NCBI RefSeq assembly: GCF_006345805.1
Contig: NW_021836565.1
Coordinates: 1-23,725 of the forward strand
Direction: 5' to 3'
Source of the DNA: Octopus sinensis
Taxonomy: Eukaryota
DNA: 23,725 nt
Part shown: positions 10,207 to 19,735 of the stretch, piece by piece
Position numbering within the stretch: position 1 is the stretch's first letter
How the letters are laid out: every line of letters begins with the position of its first letter
The notes under the pieces: model-generated
What the model was told of the DNA's origin: nothing
Seen by the model: the letters and a program-made list of their open reading frames with translations, nothing else
Database searches by the model: none
Program-made: the position numbers and the translations under genes

Positions 10207-10251
10207 GCAGTCTGGAGATGGCTTAATTGGCCGAAACTAAGAAGTCACTGT
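10207..10251 (+). ncRNA. Type-I hammerhead-like motif (A6G core change)
   Basis: gcagt CTGGAGA t GGCT taatt GGCC GAAAC taagaa GTC actgt. Stem I is 5 bp, stem II 4 bp, stem III AC/GT with a 6-nt loop, and the triplet is GUC. Confidence 0.6.
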
Positions 10252-10282
10252 GAATATTATTCTCGTTTAGAAATAGTAAATA

Positions 10283-10441
10283 TTAGCAGTATAACACGGC
10301 TTTGCCCGGGATTAAGTTAGGATTATTAAGCTAATCAAGTTCTTTATTTCAAACCAAACTAAATAACATCGACGTTAAATTTGGGCGAAAACCGTTGAAA
10401 TTTGTTAATATATACATATATATATATATGTGTGTGTGTGT

Positions 10442-10528
<87 letters not shown>

Positions 10529-10634
10529 CTGTGTGTGTGCATATATATATAAACATGGGCAATAAACACACATACACACATGTACGTACGTACACCTATT
10601 GCATACATATCTTTTGTACGCATACATGTTCGTG
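10283..10634 (+). mobile_element. Direct repeat copy 2, possibly a non-autonomous Helitron/Helentron-like element
   Basis: Homologous to 7905-8163. It begins ttagcagtataacacggctttgcccggg and has aaatttgggcgaaaaccg before a microsatellite, resembling Lep1/DINE-type elements (from recall, unverified). Confidence 0.45.
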
Positions 10635-11329
10635 TGTGTGTGTGTGTGTGTCTGTGTCTGTGTGTGTGTGTGTGTGCTGCCTGCATATCAACAAAACACA
10701 TTATATATGTGTACATATATATATATATTCATAAATAAATACTAACATATACTTATATATGTATGTGTATGTAGTTATTAATATTCTCGATAATCTGTTA
10801 ACTTTACGACGAGATTAACCCCAATGCTGTTGCATCGAATTTTCCCTTCATTTTAATTGGAATCAAGCTTTTCTTTCCGCTGATGTGCTTTTCTTTCTGC
10901 CATCAACGATTGATTTATCCTTTAAGTCTGATATAGTTCCATTCAGCTGCATTGCGTATTGCCTTTTAAATGATAGCTTTATATATATATATATAATCAT
11001 TATTGCACTGTCTGGTGGTATTCTTTCCGAATTCTTTTTCTGTTGTGTAATGTGATGTGTTGCAATGGCTTTTGGATTATAGATGGAAGTTTATGGGATT
11101 TTATAAATGCGATTGTCGAAGTTTGTATATTTATAATAGATTTCTATTAAGTAGGTTACGACAAGGATTTCAAGCCGATATGCTGTGTAGTGTTTAATGT
11201 GCTTAGGTAAAATATTCCCCTGCTTTAATGCATGGATTCAAATAAGATACCTAATATAAATGAATGCGTGTGTATATGTCGTATTCTATCTGCAAAATAT
11301 GGCCAATTAATTTCATGTCTTATTTAGCG

Positions 11330-12135
11330 TATAGTCTTCCTGCACTGGTGCTTTGTTAGAAAGGAATGCAAAAACTTACCTTTATACCTAGGTGCTATCA
11401 ATGTAAACCAACTTAAATCGCGTTTTAATAAAGATATATAGTATTTTAGTTTCCTATGGTTTGCCGTTTCAGCCACTGAGGATACATCGTAATTCAAGCT
11501 GCCCTCGTCCGCGCTCCTTCGTTGACTGCACCGGAGCCCTCTATCCTTTTGTCTGTCCTACTTCTACCCGCTTCCCTTCCCTTCACCCACAACTCCTATT
11601 CAAAAGCTTACCAACACACCATATCACGTGTTTTCTGCACAATTCATCCCGACATCGCTACTCTTTACATCTTCACCGAACCACCTCACTTTTCCTTCAA
11701 ACGTGCCTGTAACCTACTTTATATCTGTAGCCTACATTACACACACCCGACGCTGAAGCTGTCTCCTTCTCTTGCTTTTGCACATGCAATCGTAAATGTC
11801 GCGTCGTCTCTATCCTCGCTGGTACGTTACACCTTCCCTTCTCTGTCAATAGACCCTTCAATAACATGCACATCCAGCCATTTCATTTACTGCATCCTCT
11901 GCTCCTTTTGTCTCTCGTTTTACATGGAATAACCTAGATGATTTTTGGCTGACTTCTGTTGAACACTTACTGGAGACAGGACTCAGGAAGAACTCTCTAT
12001 TCAGTTGATTATTCTCTTCAAAATCTATGTTCGGTTAGTTCTTGCACGGACACCCCCGGAATCTGCTCTTCGTTTGAAGCAGAAATATTTTTCCCCTCCA
12101 GACATCGGACCTGAATGGTCTTAATTCCAAACCCC
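11330..12135 (+). pseudogene. Possible highly decayed Penelope GIY-YIG remnants
   Basis: LYLGAINVNQLKSRFNKDI at about 11382-11440 (compare YIG.T...LK.RF..H) and EAEIFF/LQTSDLNGLNS at about 12076-12129 (compare E..I..L.T..P.GLN), followed by a CA-rich region. The matches are short and may be two separate fossils. Confidence 0.3.
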
Positions 12136-13142
12136 TTTTTTTTACTCCACATTTCTCCATTTCACACCCCACCCACTTTATACATTCCAGGTCTTCTCAT
12201 TCAAAACATCCCACGCACCTACATCCCCCTATTAATAAAATACTCAAATTCATACATAACTACAATTTACACATACAAGTTGCTTTCACATATACTAGCT
12301 ACTTTATATACACTGATACAAACACTTCAGTTACAATCCCACATGCTACACATATGTACACACAAGAAAATATTAGCACCCCTACAATTTCCAACCCTTA
12401 GAAACAATTCAGTCATCTGTTTTCACATAAACATGTTTATCCGGTATAGACACACACAACAGCTCCATACAAACATACAAACAAGTACACATACGCCTAA
12501 AGTGAACTCCCTAATACTGACAATCATTACTCATGTTTTGATGGTTGGATACATGCGCGTTTCATTTTTCCAAACAAGCTATCATACATTCACAAACAAT
12601 GATTCACACACAAACGCATCCTACTGCTTGACATGTTGAATTCATCCAGCTAACAATCTAAACTTCGGGCATAATCACGACTGCTTATAGACACAAACCA
12701 TAATTATTCGACCACTTGGACACAGAGAAACAACTCCTGTCCACTTTACAACAGATTAAACATAGGGAACCTTGTTTTGGTTCCGTCCCTAGACATTTTC
12801 AATCAACTGTAACAAACTTTATTTTCGGCGGAAAATATAGTTTACATGATATTAACGCACGGACGTAATGGGGAACTCACTAAAATTTCTAAGATTACTA
12901 CTGATCACAAAATATACAAATTTAATCGAATTGACAGCCTTGATCTCTAGAGAGTGCTACTGATTTGAAAATCAGAGAAATCCATTAAACCAGTTATATC
13001 TTCCCAAAAATGTTCAAATAAGGAATCCCAGTGAATTTTCAGCTTGTGTTTTCTACGTTTCATATGCAATAAGAACAGAACATCACAAACGAGTGAAAAT
13101 CACGTAAACACATAATGAGAGACAAGTACGGGACAAAATACC

Positions 13143-13374
13143 TATTTCTTTATTACCCACAAGGGGCTAAACATAGAGGGGACAAACAAGGACAGACATA
13201 GGTATTAAGTCGATTACATCGACCCCAGTGCGTAACTGGTACTTTAATTTATCGACCCCGAAAGGATGAAAGACAAAGTCGACCTCGGCGGAATTTGAAC
13301 TCAGAACGTAACGGCAGACGAAATACCGCAAAGCATTTCGCCAGGCGTGCTAACGTTTCTGCCAGCTCGCCGCC
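13143..13374 (-). mobile_element. SINE family B, tail type 2, with perfect 14-bp TSD
   Basis: Minus strand ggcggcgagctggcagaaacgttagc...ggggtcgataaattaaagtaccag...gccccttgtgggtaataaagaaata. cgggacaaaatacc occurs at 13129-13142 and 13389-13402. Confidence 0.92.
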
Positions 13375-13690
13375 TTTTTATTCTATATCGGGACAAAATA
13401 CCCTAAGAAGTTAAACCCCTCCTCAGTTTTCGACTGTTAATTAATCCCTATTTCGTGCTTTTAAGAACAAAATAGGAAAATTTCATTAAGCAGCAGCATC
13501 CAGAAATATAAAATTTCTGGTGAGTTAGAGCTTCGAACGAACAAACAACGACAGGTTTGATGTAAAGACTAAACAATTATCGAGGATCAACATTCAGGGC
13601 CTTTAAGCCAAGAAGCATTGTAATGGGTAACGCAGGGGAGAAATTTGGGAAGGATATAGAATAAATACAAGAGAAATGAACAGTAGAATA

Positions 13691-14110
13691 GGCGCAGGAG
13701 TGGCTGTGTGGTAAGTAGCTTGCTAACCAGCCACATGGTTCTGGGTTCAGTCCCACTGCGTGGCATCTTGGGCAAGTGTCTTCTGCTATAGCCTCGGGCC
13801 GACCAAAGCCTTGTGAGTGGATTTGGTAGACGGAAACTGAAAGAAGCCTGTCGTATATATGTATATATATATGTGTGTGTATGTATATGTTTGTGTGTCT
13901 GTGTTTGTCCCTCTAGCATTGCTTGACAACCGATGCTGGTGTGTTTACGCTCCCGTCACTTAGCGGTTCGGCAAAAGAGACCGATAGAATAAGTACTGGG
14001 CTTACAGAAGAATAACTCCCGGGGTCGAGTTGCTCGATTAAGGGCGGTGCTCCAGCATGGCCGCAGTCAAATGACTGAAACAAGTAAAAGAGTAAAAGAG
14101 TAAAAGAGTA
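13691..14110 (+). mobile_element. SINE family A
   Basis: Full-length match to 6493-6909, with a (GTAAAAGA)n tail. Confidence 0.93.
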
Positions 14111-14365
14111 GAAGGGAAGAAAAGAAACCGAAAAATGTCGGGAGGCGAGAAGAAATGACATCCAATTAATTACGCGTCGCCTCCAGAAAAGAGGTGAGAA
14201 AAAATGGCCTGTAGTCACGCGGGAACAAACAGGCTGAGGAGAAGGGGGAGAAGGGGGGACGAGGGGAAGAAGCAAAGAGAATAAGTAGAAGGGAGAAGGA
14301 ACGAAAAATAATAAAGGTTGGAAGAACGATAGACATGGGACAGGAAAGAAGGAGGAGAAGAAACG

Positions 14366-14664
14366 GATGACGACGACCACGACAAAGATGAAGACGATGA
14401 TGATGATGATGATGACGATGATGGCGATAATGATGATGATGACGATGATGACGACGACGGTGACGACGATGATGATGGTATTGACGGCTATGAAGACGAT
14501 GACGACGACGACGACGACGCTGATGTTAATGATGATGAAGATGATGATGACGACGATGATGAAGATGACAACGATGACGACGATGAGGATGACGACGACG
14601 GTGATGATGACCACGACGACGACGACGACGACGATGATGATGATGATGATGCTGAAATGATGAT
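14366..14664. repeat. Degenerate (GAT/GAC)n trinucleotide repeat
   Basis: Direct reading. It is the source of the poly-M/T, poly-S and poly-I/V ORFs. Confidence 0.93.
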
Positions 14665-15036
14665 ATATACTTTCATAAAGAAGTCAGAATAATTGAAAAC
14701 GTAAATTGCAAAATAAAAACTTATTACTCGAATAAATATTCTTAGAAAAAGAAATTCAATTAAAATATTTTAAGGAAATGTTTTAAGAGATTAATAATTT
14801 TAAAATAGTAATATAAGAAACTCTTCTTCTCAAACATATACGCGTACATACATGCAACAATACGCGCACAAACACACATAAACACACACGCATAAATAAT
14901 GTCTTTGAATAAAATTGAATGTAAAAATGCTACTGTTAAGATAAGAGCTTCACGAAGATTAACCTCATCCTGTCTGTTTTCAGTACACTGGCCAAGCAGC
15001 TACTGAACTAAGTGGTATTTCTAGTGAACTAAGTGG

Positions 15037-15080
<44 letters not shown>

Positions 15081-15081
<1 letters not shown>

Positions 15082-15209
15082 CGGGAAGCTTTATGAAAAT
15101 AAACAAAAGACGAAGGCAGGTGGAATATAAATAAAACAAGTCTTTTACGTTTCGAGCCTACGCTCTTCAACAGAAAGATACACAGAAAAGAAACACGGAG
15201 AGAAAACAA

Positions 15210-15282
<73 letters not shown>

Positions 15283-16357
15283 TCAATAAATGGTGGGGTT
15301 GTGTTGACCGCACGCGGAGAAATATAAGTAAGGAAAAATTTTTTTAAAAATGCAGAATGCTCAAATGAAAGAAAATTTAATAAAATGAGAAATTGATAAA
15401 ATATATAATATATATTTATCAACCGGTTTTCGTCATTGTATGACTTGTCAAGAATATTTATGTTTAAAAATTTTTTTTTTTTAATTAGAAAGGGGAAAAA
15501 AGAAAATTGCATTGTTTTTTGTAAAAGATAATGATAAAAATGTACAAAAATTAAAAAATAAGTTCTCCGATACATTGTGAGTTCGTTGTGTATCTGAGTT
15601 TTGTGTTGTTTGCGAAAAAAAATTACCTTGAGGTGTTAAGATCCAAAGGGATAAGAGCATGTGTTGTGTTGTTTAATTCAGCATGTTTGCAGGACAGAAA
15701 GTAGTAGTATTGTGGTTCTGGTTCTTCAGTCCTGTTTGTGAGTAAGGGGACAACTCTTTTGAGTTCTTCATCAAACCCAAATTATAAAATTATCAATTTA
15801 GCTTCATTTGCGTTATCTTTTTATATAATTGCTTGTTAACTTAACTTTCAGATTTTAACACTTTATTTATATTATTTTCTAATTATATTAATCTGCATAG
15901 ACAATTGCATTTAAATTGTCATATCATTTATAATAAAAATGATAGTAATAACAACAATAGTAAAAATGATATTTAAAGAATATAAGTTTTAGCTTGAGTG
16001 ATGAATGCATGGTATCTTTATATATTTGTGTTAGTCCATCCATGTAGAGTGAGGTAGAGAAAGGAAGTTTGATCAACGAGGAGTTTGCATATAAGTTGTG
16101 TTTGGAATTTTTCAATAAAGAGATTCTCCTTGTAAATTCTCTCCTGTGTGGTGATCCCGTCTTTACATTGGTAGAAGGGGAATATATAGAATTTGGGGTT
16201 TAAGTCTTTAGCACATGAGTCTAAGTGGTCACTCAGTGGAATTTGTCGGTATTCCGGGAGATTTATTTGTTCTTTTGCACGGTTACTCGTTTACGTAACA
16301 GGAGACTCGTTTGTCCAACATAATTATGTTGGCAACCAGCATGTGAGACGTAGATAA
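15081..16357 (-). mobile_element. 5'-truncated Penelope-like retroelement (GIY-YIG C-terminus, 3' region and hammerhead-bearing terminus)
   Basis: Minus strand AGCQHNYVGQTSLLLRKRVTV, then after a frameshift PEYRQIPLSDHLDSCAKDLNPKFYIFPFYQCKDGITTQERIYKENLFIEKF (about 16085-16357). A hammerhead lies downstream on the same strand at 15141-15178. Bounded by (TA)n. Confidence 0.8.
15141..15178 (-). ncRNA. Minimal type-I hammerhead-like motif, A6U core variant
   Basis: Minus strand: TCTTT CTGTTGA A GAGC gtag GCTC GAAAC GTA AAAGA. Stems I and II are perfect, ACGT is palindromic, and the triplet is GUA. Confidence 0.68.
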
Positions 16358-16359
16358 GG

Positions 16360-16418
<59 letters not shown>

Positions 16419-16456
16419 TACACACACACACACACATACATATATATATATATTAC

Positions 16457-16693
16457 GGCGGCGAACTGGCAGAATCACTAGCACGCCGGGCGAAATCGCA
16501 GCCGTATTTCGTCTGCCGTTACGTTCCGAGTTCAAATTCCGGCGAGGTCGACTTCGCCTTTCATCCTTTCGGGGTCGATAAATTAAGTACCAGTTACGCA
16601 CTGCGGTCGATATAATCGACTTAATCCCTTTGTCTGTCCTTGTTTGTTTCCTCTGTGTTTAGCCCCTAGTGGGTAAAAAAGAAACAGGTATTT
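16457..16693 (+). mobile_element. SINE family B, tail type 2
   Basis: Matches 13143-13374 in opposite orientation and ends aaagaaacaggtattt. Confidence 0.92.
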
Positions 16694-16912
16694 CTAGTGA
16701 CGATATATAGAGCAAATGTAGGCGAAATTACTATAAAGAAGTGTTCTTATAATTTGTTTCTATGTAAAAATGCAGAGTTCGAAGCGAAAACGATACAGAA
16801 ACGAACATAGGAATTGTTATAAAATTGAGATCATCATAATTCCCGCCCCTCCGTGAGCGCATACACACATGTGCATACACACACACTTATATATGTGTGT
16901 ATATACATACAG

Positions 16913-16971
<59 letters not shown>

Positions 16972-17591
16972 GATACTTAACATATATATATACATATATT
17001 TATTTATATGTATGTAAATGTGCTCACACACACGTAAATGCAAGTGCATACACAGACATTTATATATGTTGTGTGTATAGATATAGTATATATATAATAT
17101 ATAGTTATATATATATATACACACATATATATCTATGTATATATACATATATATATATACATATATATGTATGTATATATATATGTACGTATGGATATGT
17201 GCACATACACACACTCAAACGCGCGCGCACACTCACAAATATAATTGATTAAAGAAACGGAAGATGGATCAGTGCGAATCTTTATTCCCCACGACGATCG
17301 TTTTGACACATACTGTGCCATACGAGTAGGATATTATACATCTTATAGTGTTGCCTCAATCAGTTTCACTTCAAGTGGTTGATGTAAAAAAAATATCTTA
17401 CAAGATATATAGAGTTCTCCTTGGCATGATGGTCTCGCTAGTTGTACATTGGTACATTGGTACAGCGTACCAATGTACAACTAATTTAAACTTCACTGGT
17501 CTCATACTATGTATATACGTCTCTCATTTACTTTCCTTCGATAAAAATTATTTTCTTTTTTCTTCCTTTCTTGTCTACAGTTTGTATATCT

Positions 17592-17630
<39 letters not shown>

Positions 17631-17659
17631 CTATCTATCTATATATCTATATATATATA

Positions 17660-17707
<48 letters not shown>

Positions 17708-17727
17708 TATATATATAGTATGTTGTG

Positions 17728-17759
<32 letters not shown>

Positions 17760-17760
17760 T
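17592..17760. repeat. Compound (CTAT)n-(TA)n-(TG)n microsatellite
   Basis: Direct reading. Confidence 0.93.
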
Positions 17761-17779
17761 ATATATATTGTTAGGGGTA

Positions 17780-18035
17780 TTTATCGCGGGTTGAATCTCA
17801 GACAGGGCGATGTGTGTGTTTTTGAGCGAAACGCCTAAGCTCCATGCTTCTCCAGCAGAAGGTATTGGCGAGTTTCTGCTGACTCTTTCGCCACAACTTT
17901 TTCTCACTCTTTCGTCCTGCACCTTGCTGCTTACTTGCAACGGACCGGCGTCCCGTCCATGTGGGGAACCTATACGCCAAGGAAACCGAGAAACCGGCCC
18001 TTATGAGCCAGGTGTGGCTCGAGAAGGAACAAATA
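17780..18035 (+). mobile_element. 5'-truncated relative of SINE family C with a different, V-domain-like 3' half
   Basis: atcgcgggttgaatctcagacagggcg..ttgagcgaaacgcctaagctcca..actctttcgccacaacttt matches the head and body of 7055-7440. The following tgcaacggaccggcgtcccgtcca...gaaaccggcccttatgagcc..ggctcg is absent from that copy. Confidence 0.78.
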
Positions 18036-18604
18036 ATTCAGTAATAAAGACATCCGTGGCAACACATCAGTCCCTAACTAAAGCGGGCAAATAACAACAT
18101 TATTACCCAAATTCAAGATCTTTAGCGTGACAACACTTTATGTATGAACGTACCTGATGTGACCCAGATGCAAAACAATATGATGTACAGCATCCCACCT
18201 TTAAGGGACAGTCGCAGGATGGGTCGAAACGATCGGTGGACAAAATAAAGAGTTATGCCAATTCAATCTTCAACTAACACTGCGGAATTCCTGAAGTAGA
18301 TCCAACGGAAATATATCCCAGCCGCAGATAACACCAGGTAGCCGAAACTGTGCCGGCGCTTTACTCAACACATCAACACACTAATTGACATATACCCATT
18401 AGTCCAAAATATCAAATACACACACACGCACTTACACGCATATACACAAACACAAATACACACACATAAATAAACACACACACACATTAAACTAGAATAT
18501 TAATGACAGTGACTTCGAAATCTCGGCCAGTTAAACCATTGTCAAGCAGTCCAATGAAGCTTCAACTGGGTGAAATATCGAAGTCAAAATCAACTCTATT
18601 CATT

Positions 18605-18988
18605 ACTTTTACTTTTTTCAGTCATTTGACTGTAGTCATGCTGGAGCACCGCATTGAGTCGAGCAAATCGATCCCAGGACTTATTCTTTGGAAGTCTAGT
18701 ACATATTCTATCGGTTACTTTTGCCGAACCGCTAAGTTACGGGGACGTAAACACACCAGCATTGGTTGTCAAGCACAGGCACATAAACATATATACACAC
18801 ATACACACACACACACATATATATATACATATATACGACGGGCTTCTTTCAGTTTCCGCCGACCAAATCCTTTGGTCGACCCGAGGCTATAGTAGAAGAC
18901 ACTTGCCCATGGTGCCACGCAGTGCAACTGAACCAGGAACCATGTGGTTGGTAAGCAAGCTACTTACCACACAGCTACACCTACACCT
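18605..18988 (-). mobile_element. SINE family A, older copy with a small internal deletion
   Basis: Reverse-complement match to family A, more diverged, lacking about 12 bp near 18870. Confidence 0.9.
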
Positions 18989-19078
18989 TGTTGAAGAATA
19001 ATAAATTTGTACTTTTACAAATCTATAGAGTAAGATATTGGACTAATGTAAACTTGTCTTTATTACAAACTGAACATA

Positions 19079-19297
19079 GGCCAGCGAGCTGGCAGAGTCG
19101 CTAGCACACCGGGTAAAATGATTAACAGCATTTTATCAGTCTTTATGTTCTGAGTTCAAGCTCCACCGGGGTCAACTTTGCTCTTCGTTCTTTCGGAGTC
19201 GATAAATGAAGTACCAGTGAAACACTGGGGCCGATGTAATCGACTGGCCCCTTCCACCAAAATTTCAGGCCTTGTGCCTTTACTAGAAAGGATTATA
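19079..19297 (+). mobile_element. SINE family B, tail type 1, diverged
   Basis: ggccagcgagctggcagagtcg...ggagtcgataaatgaagtaccag...ccaaaatttcaggccttgtgcc. Degenerate TSD attacaaactgaacatag (19062-19079) versus attataactgaaaatag (19292-19308). Confidence 0.87.
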
Positions 19298-19324
19298 ACT
19301 GAAAATAGAAACAAAACATTAATA

Positions 19325-19735
19325 GCGCAGAAGTGGCTGTGTGGTAAGTAGCTTGCTAACCAGCCACATGGTTCCGGGTTCAGTCCCACTGCGTGGCATC
19401 TTGAGCAAGTGTCTTCTACTATAGCCTCGGGCCGACCAAAGCCTTGTGAGTAGATTTGGTAGACGGAAACTGAAAGAAGCCTGTCGTATATATGTATATA
19501 TATATTTATATGTATGTGTGTGTATATGTTTGTGTGTCTGTGTTTGTCCCTCTAGCATTTATTGACAACCGATGCTGGTGTGTTTACGTCTCCGTCACTT
19601 AGCGGTTCGGCAAAAGAGACCAATAGAATATGTACTGGGCTTACAAAAGAATAAGTCCCGGGGTCGAGTTGCTCGATTAAAGGCGGTGCTCCAGCATGGC
19701 CGCAGTCAAATGACTGAAACGAGTAAAAAAAAAAA
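19325..19735 (+). mobile_element. SINE family A
   Basis: Full-length match, very similar to 13691-14110. Confidence 0.93.

Noticed and set aside
13913-14676. 233-aa hydrophobic ORF and poly-S/poly-T/M ORFs
   Set aside because: They read through the (GAY)n repeat and an antisense SINE A.
18290-18360. Further hammerhead remnant (gccgc..gtagccgaaac)
   Set aside because: The core is absent next to stem II and the stems are mismatched, so it is too decayed to support.
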